Of a stretch of DNA of 64,000 bases, positions 12,901 to 25,085 are shown one piece after another (position 1 is the first letter of the stretch; each line of letters begins with the position of its first letter). The notes beneath the pieces were generated by a model that was given only the letters and a program-made list of their open reading frames with translations, was not told the origin of the DNA and ran no database searches. This stretch comes from Diadema antillarum (Eukaryota): positions 1 through 64,000 of the forward strand of contig NW_027271416.1 in assembly GCF_040938485.1 (NCBI RefSeq). The letters are read 5' to 3'. The position numbers were made by a program, and so were the translations under genes.

Positions 12901-15900
12901 TTTATGGTCATACGCTGTTCCTGGACAATGTCAGTGACTGTATGATACTGTCAACAATCAGATCTGCAGATTTTAGTTTTCATATATTGCTGCAAATTCA
13001 TTTTTTTTTTTTTTTGTCGGCTTGATTTTGATTTATCGCCAGGCAAGACTTCAGCAGTAGTACATGAACTGCAAATCATAATAAGTATGGAAAGCCACAC
13101 CAGTCACTCATTACATTTATAACAGTTAACCCATTGAGGACAAGTCCTAAGTATACTCTGGCAAGTGTCTATGGGAAATACGTGTTATAGCTAAATCAGC
13201 CCATCCTAAACGGGCTAAACGCCCTTGATATGGTACTGATGTACATTCACATTTGTTTGCTTGTGTGCTTGTTTCTTTACATTATTTGGTAATGTATCGC
13301 ATCTTAATGACAAGTATGAAATACTTCTACCAATCAGACATGAGCATTCATAGTTTTATATTGCTGTAAACTCAAATAGGTTTGCTTGTTTGCATTTGTT
13401 TGTTTGTCTAGAATGTTCTTCCTCTTCCCCACCTTGGCAAGAAATTCGGCACTGACTGGCCGGTGGTCACTCCAGAGGATGTCCGAGTGGCAATGGTAGG
13501 ACAGCTGCTTGATGCTGAGATAGTTCTGGTCAATGCTGGCCCGCCGGTTGACCTTCCACAGGATCCTGTCCGTCCATGCAGGGGCCCGCTGCTTTGGACT
13601 GGGTACACAATGGCAAGCAAGTAAAAGCATAGATCACATATAGGCAAGATATGAGATAGATATTATCCTCTCTTCTGCTTTTGTGGCTACTCTTCACTGC
13701 ATATGAGGTATATTTCATTTCTTTACATGATACTAATATCATCTTTTGTACAGCTTATTGATATGAAAATTATCTTTAAATTTCAGTTGCAAATACTACG
13801 TGCATTTTTATCCTGAAGGATGAAATACCGATACATGCAAAACCAAGCGTACAGTAGCTTGACTAGTAACCGCTCACTTTGATACTTTATTGTGAATAAC
13901 TTTACCAAATTATCTTCTTCCCGATCCAATCCTGTGAAATGTGGTTGGCGATATTGCTCTTTCTTATGTGTATTACGATCATCTGCTCACGAAGTCCTAT
14001 AACGGAATAAACGCGCGATACCTTCGTCGTTACATCCTGTACTAGTAGCCGCTCACCCCTGACTAGTAGCCGCTCACTATAATACATGGCGCGCGCGCCG
14101 CACATTACAAGGCTCTGAAGGATGCTAAGTCCCTTTCTGAATGATGCTAACTGGAGGGCAAGTCTGCCAACACGTGTGCCGAGGCTGAGATAAACATAAA
14201 TTTTTGGCAGCATACGGTATGGTGGATATTCTATGTAATTGTATTCAATTTCCATGTCCGAATTCGAACAATCTAATATCACATTAATGTTCGGTTTGTT
14301 GTTGTTCACTTTCTTTATTGTGTAAGTATGCTGCATTGGACATGTGTCGTATTTATTATTATGTGGAAGACGGGTTTGCTTATTTATAGTTGCGAAAATA
14401 GAATTTTATAGATACATGGGAATCCCGTTATAACGAGATCGTCGGTTCCGGGTGATTTTGCTCGTCATATCCGGATTCTCGTTGTATCCGAACGCTTGTG
14501 GAATTTACACTTTATATACAAATGCTCTATTAAAATATGGCTACTTGCATTTTATTATGACGACGTCATATTGATGAACAGAAAAACAAGAAATGCGACT
14601 GGAAAATGAGAGAGCATTCTTGCGATAATTACAATTATTTTTGTTCTAGACACATGTTATCAAATATCTCAGATTTGACAAATCATATAATCACATCGTA
14701 TATGAGGCCTTCCTTTTGTTAGCCCTATGCCGATCAATCTGCACATCTGAGAAGAGAGAGAGGGAGAGATGAAGCAAAATTTATGCAACTACAGGTAAAG
14801 TATCGCGCTATCAACGCCGCGTTTAGCGTATATTAACTCGCGTGGATGAAAGCTGTGAGTAAAATCCGAATGTATCCTTCATTCTATGACAAATTATACT
14901 GATATAAACCACGTGTACTATGGTGAAAGTTTACACCACAATTTATACTCTCATCTTTTATTTCTTCCAGGGAAACAGCTTCCCGGTTGTGATGCATGAG
15001 GTTGAATGCGTGCTTTGCGTGAATGTGTGTTTTACCCGACGACTTTGATCGGTCAATGCCGTTTTATAAGAAAACGAAAACCACGTATAGATACCGGCTA
15101 ACTGTGGATTGCAAAATCGAGTGAAATAGTACTTGTATTTTGATAGGCTATAGTTGACTTAATTAGAATTTTAGCATACGATACCATCGTATTTTAATTT
15201 TGACATTTAATTCAATTCATCTTATCAAAGTTACGTAAATGGGTAACTGAGCGGCCAATGTTTGCGAAAGCAGTGAATAATGGCAGATTCTAACTTTCGT
15301 CAGGGCTCGGTAACGGTTGCGATCAAACTCAAGAACAGTTTTAATTTTAACAAGCAGTTCTTTCTTATCGCAAAGGATTTTTGAACATGTTCAAAGCTCC
15401 CAAAACATACAATTCGCTGTGTTCGCCGCTCACAGATATTCCCGTTACGTATCTTCGGAAACATTTGGAAGACGTAAACATACTGTACACCATTTTTTTT
15501 TCTTGTTTAAGCTATTAGATAACGTTAATTCGAATTGCAGCGTTTGTGATAACATTTCGGCATAAATAGCGAAGGCTATAGCTTCTAAATATTCCGATGC
15601 TGTTCCATCACGGCCCTCGGAAAGAGACTTTATGAACTTGTGGCGCCCTTATCACCTTGATTGCTTCTGTTTGGCACTGACATAATTATGTTAGTCTGTT
15701 TGCACGAAACGATAGTTCAAATAATTTACGGAGAATTAACCTTGTCTGGTTTTGAAATAAAGCGTGATTTTGCCAAATTATTAAGATCGGCTTAAAAGAG
15801 AATAAGTTGTCGTTGTATAAAAATCCGCACAAATTCATATTTGCTTTTCTCTGTTTTTAGGCCCGAAAATTATCTCGCAATAGCCGGCACTCCAAATCTC

Positions 15901-17412
15901 CATTTAGGCTAACATGCAAATTTATTTGGGACCGGACGATCATCTCGTTATAAGCGGATTCTCGTTGTATCCGATCTCGTTAGAACAGGATTCCCCTGTA
16001 TACAAGTTATGAAATAGCCATTATTCATAATGTACTGAAATGAATGATTCGTGCATGAGGTTTTTGATGTATAGCGATCAATTATTAAAACATCTAAAAC
16101 GCAGAATAGATCCAGTGCAAATAAATTCACGTGCATTATACCAGTGCCCTCCGCTGTTTTATTCTAATATTCCTTTTCTTTTTTCTTTTTCTTTTCTTGC
16201 TTTCTGTTTCTTCCATTTTTTTTCTAGGATCATTTCAAGTTGTACAAACGTGGCAAACAAGGAACTTTCTAAAAGAAATCCATTCAATTATATGTAATGT
16301 CAATGTCTCACAACTTTTTCAACAAAGCTTTCGTAAACATCATTATATCACCCATCCATTAAAAGCCTAGACGGCGTGCTCTGTCAATGTCTGTCAGTGT
16401 CTGTAGGCCTACAGTATAGATTTCAGAACTGGCATAAATTGGTTTTAGGCTCAAAACTTTCCATAAAACAAAAGGCTTTATCGGTATACATCATGCATTC
16501 TACGAAATACAGAAACATATAGCTTGAAAACAACAAATTTAACCTTTATACCAAAGTGTGGACTTAGATACGACCCGTTTCAAGGTCACATAACTTATAA
16601 ATTGGCAAAATCAGGGTGTTAAAATTCTTACACCAACATGGTGTAAACATAATTATCTTAACACCGTTGATAACGCCAGGATTCACTCAAATCGGCCACC
16701 ATAGATAAAACGTAATGTTTAAATTAACTTCTAAATACCAAAGTGTGATTGCCTGGATGTCATGGAGTCAAACCACGCCCGTAACCAGGCTTTTTTTTTC
16801 CTATGGAGGCGGGGGGGGGGGGGGGGGGGGGGGGGGTGCATAATTAAAAAAAGAAAACTGACTTTTCATGCATGCAAAAATTATTGTTTCGTTAGCGCCG
16901 ACAATCTCGCTCAGCGGGAGGAGGAGGAGGAGGTGGGGGGTTGCCTCATACCTTTGTGATCACACATTGATATAATCTCTTGTTGATCATTGCATCCCAA
17001 TTTCCATGGAATTAATTATAAGTATATGAAAAAGGACTATAGGAGTATACATATTTATACAGTTCACCACACAAGCTTTTAATTCTATATATATATTGAA
17101 TGGAAAGTCCCCCAGACATTCTGGTCAATTTAGGGAATGCTGAAAAAGAATAAAAACATACCAGTTATGAGCACTTCGAAAAATGTTATTATAAAAAAAA
17201 AAGTATCTGCAAACATTTCATAAACAGGCAAATCTACAGCAAGGCTGGCGATCTTTTCAAACATTGTATACCTTCAAACATGTAACACTTATATGATAAT
17301 AAATCTTACGAATGCAAGAGTATGTTTGTGCTTAAAATTTCGGTCATATTAGTCATTTTCGTTAAATATGTCTGAAATAAAGATGCATAAAAACAAACTT
17401 CAGTGGTATAAC

Positions 17413-17443
<31 letters not shown>

Positions 17444-20400
17444 TTTTTTTTTGTATATATACAGCAAAAATATTATATGGGATATAGTCATAACAGCAAT
17501 ATCACTTTTGAGTCCTGTAAATACCTGTATTTCTCAGCCGCTCGCTCATACGTATTATTTGTTTTATAATGTCGACGCACATATTTCTTCTGAGAAAAGA
17601 AAAAGTCAATGTAATCTACACACAACTCAACACTTTTGAATATACAGTTATTCAAAATATCATTTTGAAAATTCCATTTAAATACAATATGAACAAGATC
17701 ATTTTTTTTTCCCACTGGTACGCAAGGTTATCCAAAAGGAAGAAGGGAAGAGAGAGAGAGACTGCGATCATGCTCCCCTTTCAGTTCAGCAGAAAGGACA
17801 CCGATACATGTATTTTGATATGTCTTCTTCAACCTTATTGTATAAGTTCACTGCATTCCAAGTGCAACCATGTGTCGCAAAAATCACAAGAAACCCATTG
17901 ATCTTCACGGCTTCTTCTTTCCTGCATGCTGGACATACATATCTAACATCATCTGATTCAATTCCTTCCTTTTTGTTCCTCTTTTTTTTTTCTTCTACGC
18001 TATTCTTCTTCGTATGCATCTTCTTTGTTTTCTTCTCTCTAGTTTTACATTTCTTCTTCCAAGCTCACTTCTCTCTCTTTTTTTTTTTGCACTCAGATTC
18101 TTCCAACTTCATTTCTTCCTTCTGTTTTATTTCTTCTAATATATGGTTCATTTCTTCTATCCTCATCACAATCCCATCTCTGTGATCTTTCTTTTTCCTG
18201 TACCCAACTTCATCTCTTCTATCTTCTTCTTTAGATCTTCCCTCTTCTTTCTCAATGTCTTTGTGCCTTCTTCTTTTTTTTTCTTTGTTTCTCTCTCTTT
18301 CTCTTCCTTTCTTTTCTTCAACTCTCTCTTCTGTTTGGATTTCATGTGAGTTTTGAAATCATCTCCTCATATTGCTTCAGTAGCTGCAATTTCCTTTTTT
18401 GACTTCCTGGAACGTGTATTTCGGGAAACTCGATATAATGTTCCAGAAACGGGGACATTTTTATTTGAAACTTTATTTCATTTTGGGACTAACGAACCTT
18501 ATGAATAACGATCGAGGTGTAACCGTATATATACATGTATTATATATATAGTTATATGTATGTATATAATTATATATTTATTCATAACAATGTCACAATA
18601 GAGGAGTGCATTAAATGTCAATTGCTTTGATTATAATTCAAAATCTGAATTTTCGGGGGCCTCCCACTTCGTCGGAAATCCAAGAGGATAGTTAGCGGGG
18701 AGGAGGGGGGAGGTAATAAATCAGTGATCTGAAAGCGCACGCGCCACATACTGTACACACGTAATTATAGGGGGGGGGGGTGAGCGGTAACTAGTCAAGA
18801 GCCATCTCTGTACGAGTTTCGAACTTTTTTTGTTCACGTACGCAATTCCACGTAAATACGTACACTACTATCGTTCAGTTATTTGCCGACAGTTGTCAGG
18901 TCGACGACTAGCGCCTATTCGTACGACTTATCTCAACTTTGCGGGATTTTAACTAAAAAAATCACGGCCTACTCACTAATTCCACTAACTTCAGTAGACG
19001 ATACCTTTCCGGCCATCGGGAATCTCCAGATGTGGCTAATTGCATTTAAACATCATAAAATAGTCGTGAATACTTTGAATATTGCAATTGGTTTGAGCAT
19101 CGAATTCTTAGCATTGCGCACACGCGTACTGCAGTGCGTGCAGTGCGTATTCGAGAATGTAGGGCAGATATTCGCGGTCATCATCAACTACACTCGTGCG
19201 CTAAGGGGTGAGCGGTTACTAGTCAGGCTACTGTACTTGATAAAAAATATCAATTATAATTATAACTAACTGACACTAACCAACATATAAATAANNNNNN
19301 NNNNNNNNNNNNNNNNNNNNNNNNNNNNNNNNNNNNNNNNNNNNNNNNNNNNNNNNNNNNNNNNNNNNNNNNNNNNNNNNNNNNNNNNNNNNNNNNNNNN
19401 NNNNNNNNNNNNNNNNNNNNNNNNNNNNNNNNNNNNNNNNNNNNNNNNNNNNNNNTCAAGTTTCCAATCTGAATATCATTTATGCCAATACTACAATGGC
19501 CTTTAACCTTATTCTGCTTATTTGCCGTCTATGAGATGTATCTTGCATATTTCACATAAATCAAGATTATGCAACAATGTCAAGACCTATGAATTGCTTC
19601 TGCCTAAATGAAAGATCACTGCAGACCCACCTGGTGTCATACTCGTTGGACCTCAGGTCGTATTTATACGTAGGCATAAAGCTGAGGGCGCCCTCTTGGA
19701 AGCCAACAAACGCCTTCTTATGTCTCATGCTGTTCAGGAGCTGGTCCTTCTCCTGCAACACATGGAGCTTCTTGGGGGCAGCCAAGAACTTGATGGCTTC
19801 CGTCGACAGGTCCTCAATGCGATAGTTCAGGTCGCCAAACCACAACACATAGCTGCGACAGAGCATGGAAGGATCAAGTCAGTGTTACTGAAGGTTTGAG
19901 GGGATAAACAGGTCCTATTTCTTTCATTTGAATTGATTCTTTTTCTCATATCTCTCTTCATAGATATCTATCTGCACCATGATGGATATTGGTGCATTGC
20001 AAGATTTCACATTATTATCATTATCCATCTTGTTCACTTAAAAATGACCACAGGAGGAAAAATCCTGCAATAGGAATGTGTTAATCATTTATCTTTGTCT
20101 TCATACTTCACTGAATCACTTCAGCGAAAGTTGTTACAATTAAGAGTGTCTAACATGCTTGTCTTGTAATCATTAGCTTTTATGTAAAACAGTGTGCGGT
20201 GCTTACTCGTGGTCTAGTATTGTGGTAGCATTGCACTGTGGGAATTCCTGCGTAGCTATTATGGTGTGGAACTCTTTGTCCCTCTTCTCCCAGCCATCCT
20301 GGTGAGGTGAGAGGTGGACTGCAATCAGGCACACACTCCTCCCGTAGCAGTCAAATCGGACACTCACTGCACCCTTATTGCCCTAGGGTGTATGAGATAC

Positions 20401-23400
20401 ACATGGAGGAAATATTTAGCACCAAACATAGATTATGCACACATTTACCCTTGTATTCACCCTTGTATTCTTTTTTTTTTCTTTTCAAGTCAACAGCGTA
20501 ATTTGAACAGTGTGAGGGACATCTGCGAAACATGTTCAATTTTTTAATAATTTATCACGCAAACAATCATCAGCCCCTTAACAGTACAGAATATGCACAG
20601 AGGTAATATTTACAATAAAGAGATAATTACAACCTGTGGGCTCTTTTTCTAAAACAAAGCCAGAGTTATGTTAATGTTTGAACAGTATAAGATACACAGA
20701 GAGGTAAGAATTAGAACTCATCATGTTGTACAACACAAAAATACAAAGACACAGTAATACCAATTAAGGGTCATCACAATTGATTCTGATTTAATTTATA
20801 TCCCTTTATAGTTAACATTGATACAATGCAAGCATCACTGGACATGACTGTTGGCACAGTAAACCCAAGTGCATCAATGTCACAAAATGTAAAAGAAACA
20901 TCAAACAGATTATCTACAACAGTAAGTCATGTAGATAACTTACTTATCATATCTGAGACCTACTAAGTGCACATCAAGCACTCTCTCCAGCACATTTCAT
21001 GGAGTACTTGTTGGCACAATTGTTAATTAGATAGATACCAGATTATAGTGTACACCCTCTTAAAAAATGAATAATGTAGGTTGGACGTCGATCAAATTAA
21101 GTAATTCATTAATGGCAAAACATGCATCTAATGATAGTCCAGGATAGAGCACTGACTTTGAAAGTCATCAAAAATGCACTCATAAAATTGGAATGGAATA
21201 CTTTTGCTTTTGAAAATGAGAAGAATCTAAAATAAACATTGTTATACAACGTTTAAAGGGATTCAGTAAATGTAGCAATATTAGTAGAACAGTATCATCA
21301 GTGCAATTTGAGGAAAATCAACAAACCAGTTAAAAAAATATGAATTTTAACATTTTTGATCGGTGGATGAGAAGACTATAATAGTATGTGACATCACAGC
21401 AGAATAATGATATGAAGAAAATATACAGAAAACTGATAAGTTCTGCTAACATTGCTGCATTCATTCAACCCGTGTGCATGACTGAAAAAACTTCCCTTTT
21501 AATTCCATGCCCAATTTGTAAAAATGGTGGCAGTTAACAACTTTCAAGATGACCCTCCTTCTCAGGGCATTCATTGATTGATTCATATTTATAGCAACCA
21601 ACACACAACTCTACCGACCTGGAGAAGAGAGGATACTCACCCAAACCCCGCCTAACCCTGTTCTTGTGAGAGCCGTCTGAACATTGTGTATGAATGGGAG
21701 GTGCAGCATTCTCACGTAAAAGAGCAACACTATACCTTGGAGTCTTACAGAGTTGATCTGTTTGGGTTCAATCAGATGAGAACAAACAAAACAAACAATC
21801 AATGTAACACAATATGTTGCATGTATACGACATCTTTGTAAACACGCTTTACAAGGGTCTAATTAGTAATATTTAGAACCCAACATATGAATGCAAATAT
21901 TTGTCAAATGCAAGTTTACACAGATTTAAAAATGAAATAAGATATAGAAATATAAAAGGTAGTCCTACATGAATCTTTCCCCTCTTTCTACTTTCCATGA
22001 CCTAATTGTGTTTCATAATATCCTTGCTTTTAATGACTTCAGTTCATAATCATGATGGCAGATATGGATAATGTGAATAGTCAAATCGAAGACTTTCCTC
22101 AGCACACTAATAGCAACTGATAAATCAAGCAAGTCAAAGTCTAAATGTGACCCTGCATCACAAAGACGCCAGACATGGATTTTTAGTTAAGAGCAGATTC
22201 TGAAAGAGCAGACTTTAAGCTTCAAAATGATGTATAACTCGATTCAAATGGACTCTCCTAACCTATCCTAATATTGGAAAGAAAGCAAACACTGTGGAAA
22301 GTGTGAACTGAGGAAACAGGCTCTGAAGTACAGGGTCTATTCAAGCGCTCTTTACCAAGCGGAGCTAGCTGTGGTATGAATGGAACAAAAATCAGGATGT
22401 AAACCACTGGAGCAACAACAATGAAGAGATTATCAAATTAAGCTGAAATTAAGCATGCTGTATAAACACATTCTGTCCATGATTAATGCCAACTTTCAAA
22501 GCAGTAGCATTATCCTTTCAAAAGTTATTAGAGTTGAAAGTGAAGAGTGAGCAAAGGATATTAAAAAGGACCTCTAGAGGACATACCTGATCACACAACT
22601 CTACAAAAAGGGGTTGTAAAAAAACTGCTAAAAACACACTTCCCCATACATTCTATGATCCCAAACTTAAGGATAATGTAGAAGAAGAATAATATATACT
22701 CTTTAAGGTAATATGAAAAACTCAAGATTGAATTGGTTGACCATTTTTACCTTTTTGAGTCCTCACGTAAAATCAAGGGGTGCGACTTTTTGTTCGTTTT
22801 GTGATGCACGGTAACAAAGTCATTCTTTCATCTCCCATACCATGAACAGGGGGGGGGGGGGGGCTTTATTTTCTGGTAGAGACTATCATTATACTGATTA
22901 AGAGGGCTAACAATAATTTGATGCACAGACAAACTTATGAAAACATTCTGTCAGAGTTGACATCAACACTGAACTGACCATAACATATCCCTTTGGGCAC
23001 ACCACGTTTGAGATGGCCTCGGTCCATGGGTCATCTGAGAAGGCACTCTGGATGAACTCGTGGGGCTTGGAGCTGACCTCCTGCAGGCCCCAGATATACA
23101 GGTCTGGTCCATTCTGGGTCTGGATCCAAATCATGTCCTTGAAGGCCTCGATGGTGGGCGGGTCCTGGGTAGCCACATTCCATGTATTGATGCATACTCT
23201 GTGCGTAAAAACAAAATCACAGAAAAAATTATGACATAACACTCATAATCCACTACAACTGTACCTGCATCAACTAGGTGTGTTAAGAATTATTTCTACA
23301 GAGACTTAATCTAGCTACCAGCACATCACAGTCTTCTTTTAATCATAAACTTGTGTTGTCCTTGTATGTTCAAAAGTCTTCAAAATTGCTGTAAATTTTC

Positions 23401-25085
23401 GTAAATTTACACTCATCAATGTATTGGTTTGTTTGACGGTTTGTTTGTTCATTTCCATCTGAGAAGATGGCTGGATAGCCCATATTCAGCTACACTAAGC
23501 TGGTCTTCCATGGGGTCCAGTTGGATGTGAGGTGGGACCACTTCACTGGGTTAAACACCCTGCTCTTTGCAATGAATGAATGGAGTGGGATCTTTTATGT
23601 GTATGAGTTGTGACTCTCTCATACACGGTACCTCAATTTTATGTCTTATCAGAGGGACAGAGTGTTTTGCCTCTTGCTAGAAGGGGTGGTATGATTGTAC
23701 ACAACAATGCTCAGTCCAGACTTGGGTTCGAACCGGACCCGGGCCCTTAGAATTGTGAGGCAGACGCTCTACTGACTGAGCCAACTCACCGCCCAAATAA
23801 TGCAACATACCGGTAGATCAGTGTCCCAGCAACAGTGAAGAAAGATCATACTGATTAAAAAAAAAAAAAAAAAAAAAATTATGGTAGAAACTAGACAGTC
23901 TACTTCATGATAGACATCTGGTGATTAAATACAATACTTCAGTACCAATAGTAATCACCAGTTTAAACATGTGTCTTCAACTTCATGTTCAATGAAAATG
24001 ACGATGTAATGTTTATGTTACAAGGCTACATAACCAATCAGCATGATTAGTTATCTAGAACATCTACCTACTGTCATACTGAGTATTGCATAGCACTTCA
24101 CTTCAGGGATGGGACCTCCTCCATACTCGTAGACTCTGTGCACAAGCAAGCATGTTCTTCAAAATATACCACAACCTCGTAGACATTCCTCTCCCACCAA
24201 CCATTACCCCAGCCTTATTCATTGGTAGATGAGACCACTCCCTAAAACTCACCATTACGGATGCAAATGTAGATGCCTTTAAAGTATTCTTTTTATCCAC
24301 GCACCGTCAGAATCTGGAACAAACTATCTTACGTAGCTGTTACTACACCCTCCCCAGCTACTTTCCGGGAAGCTGCTGTCCCCATCATTAGAAGCATGCA
24401 GCCTCCCCCTGGATTCAGGCTCCTGTAAGCCCGGTCATGTTTTTACTTGCACTTCACACTTTTTATTGCAAATATACTTTCCTAATCACCGTCAGCCGTT
24501 GACTGCACACATGCACATCATCCCAGTATAGCTTCCAGAGTGAGCTGCAAAAGGGATTACCACTTCAAGCTTCAAGCAAGCTTCAAGCCTTACATTGACG
24601 ATTTGGTTATGGGGATACTTCCGGATAGATTATAAGATATGTCATATGGACTTCCTTGTGCAGTTTTTACCCAAAATTTGGGCGTTATCTACAAACCGTC
24701 ACAGACAAAGCAAAAGGCACATCTTTTCCAATCTTAGTTCTGGTTGATTATACACAGGCCAACCCTGTCGCCTGCGCATCGCTGTTCAGAAGTGACCGTG
24801 CTTCACACGGCGTCTGCTCGGGCTAAGTTCTGGTGTTTATTCAGTTCCGCACAATGCGTCATTGGGGGCTGTGGTGGGATTACTAGTATTAGTAATTAGT
24901 ATCGAAGACTACCAAACAAACGTGAGTGCAAACGTATGGGACTAATACTCTTAGCTTAGCTTAGTCATACCGGCGACTCTTCGCAATACGTACAGTCGGA
25001 GATGTAAATGCTTTATTCGCTCATACAAGTTAAATGAAACAATAAATTAAAATTACAATATCCTTTAATACCTTAGTTCTGCCAT
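9870..25085 (-). CDS. INPP5K: Inositol polyphosphate 5-phosphatase K-like (INPP5K/SKIP; 5-phosphatase domain + C-terminal SKICH domain), 9 coding exons, 446 aa
   Basis: Exons joined at GT-AG sites with consistent phase: 25085-25072, 23198-22979, 21757-21641, 20382-20207, 19852-19631, 13598-13433, 12406-12269, 12060-11869, 9965-9870 (1341 nt including stop). Diagnostic motifs: TWNV, GLQE, GNKG, WFGDLNYRI, PTYKY, PAWTDRILW, SDHRPV, and SKICH-type DWIGLFKVGF. The INPP5J/K family call is secure; the first and last exons are less certain. Confidence 0.92.
11251..11473. mobile_element. Tc1/mariner-type MITE, 223 bp
   Basis: TA|CTGTATACGCTGTTATTTTCGCG ... CGCGAAAACAACAGCTAATACAG|TA. Confidence 0.75.
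11869..12060 (-). CDS. INPP5K: INPP5K-like exon 8 (SKICH)
   Basis: VGFHTAQKHYVTYVYA...YVLCYIS...LGVSNVFR, cag acceptor and gtgagt donor. Confidence 0.9.
12269..12406 (-). CDS. INPP5K: INPP5K-like exon 7 (start of SKICH)
   Basis: VTTDDVQPLVSF...SSWDWIGLFK, cag acceptor and gtaagt donor. Confidence 0.9.
13433..13598 (-). CDS. INPP5K: INPP5K-like exon 6
   Basis: PKQRAPAWTDRILWK...SDHRPVSAEF, cag acceptor and gtgggg donor. Confidence 0.95.
14415..15998. mobile_element. Tigger/pogo-like non-autonomous element nested in 13852-19233
   Basis: TA|CATGGGAATCCCGTTATAACGAGATCG ... CGATCTCGTTAGAACAGGATTCCCCTG|TA, with subterminal ggattctcgttgtatccga repeats. Confidence 0.75.
17783..18460 (-). pseudogene. 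Degenerate transposon-type ORF: K/E-rich coil followed by a frameshifted PHD finger
   Basis: Switching frames gives CPAC...DQWVSCDFCDTWLHLEC...YMYRCPFC-stop (C4HC3 pattern). I recall this arrangement from C-termini of pogo/DDE_1 transposases. No DDE domain was seen. Confidence 0.6.
19295..19455. other. Assembly gap (161 N)
   Basis: Run of N. Confidence 1.
19631..19852 (-). CDS. INPP5K: INPP5K-like exon 5
   Basis: YVLWFGDLNYRIED...FQEG...FMPTYKYDLRSNEYDT, cag acceptor and gtgggt donor. Confidence 0.95.
20207..20382 (-). CDS. INPP5K: INPP5K-like exon 4 (not in the ORF track)
   Basis: Hand translation GNKGAVSVRFDCYGRSVCLIAVHLSPH...ILDH, tag acceptor and gtaagc donor. Confidence 0.92.
21641..21757 (-). 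CDS. INPP5K: INPP5K-like exon 3
   Basis: INSVRLQGIVLLFYVR...TRTGLGGVW, cag acceptor and gtgagt donor. Confidence 0.92.
22146..22816. mobile_element. 671 bp non-autonomous TIR element, superfamily unassigned
   Basis: TGTGACCCTGCATCACAAA (22146-22164) / TTTGTGATGCACGGTAACA (22798-22816). Confidence 0.65.
22979..23198 (-). CDS. INPP5K: INPP5K-like exon 2
   Basis: VCINTWNVATQDPP...YIWGLQEV...DDPW...GYVM, bounded by cag acceptor and gtcagt donor. Confidence 0.92.
23430..23794 (-). mobile_element. tRNA-derived SINE
   Basis: Minus-strand head with A box TGGCTCAGTCAG and B box GGTTCGAACCC, a ~300 nt body and an (AAAC)n tail. Confidence 0.75.
24101..24590 (+). mobile_element. 5'-truncated non-LTR retrotransposon (LINE) 3' end
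   Basis: LQGWDLLHTRRLCAQASMFFKIYHNLV...FK/YSFYPRTVRIWNKL...TFREAA with one stop and one +1 frameshift, a typical post-RT C-terminus. Ends in a ttcaagc repeat tail. Confidence 0.75.
25072..25085 (-). CDS. INPP5K: INPP5K-like exon 1 (MAEL + 2 nt of R)
   Basis: accATGGCAGAACTAAG followed by GT. The phase-2 end joins exon 2 to give MAELRVCINTWNV. Short exon, chosen on phase and context only. Confidence 0.6.

Larger units (their letters stand above)
13852..19233. mobile_element. 5.4 kb Tc1/mariner-pogo-type element in INPP5K intron 5
   Basis: 26-bp TIR CAGTAGCTTGACTAGTAACCGCTCAC (13852-13877) and its inverse (19208-19233) with 1 mismatch, TA on both flanks. Extra internal TIR copies at 14041, 14061 and 18780. 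Confidence 0.75.

Noticed and set aside
17808-18349. Phe/Ser-rich plus-strand ORFs resembling membrane proteins
   Set aside because: Antisense reading of the K/E-rich transposon remnant.
23725-23794. Possible tRNA gene
   Set aside because: A and B boxes are present, but the sequence continues into a SINE body and simple-repeat tail, and I could not form a full acceptor stem.
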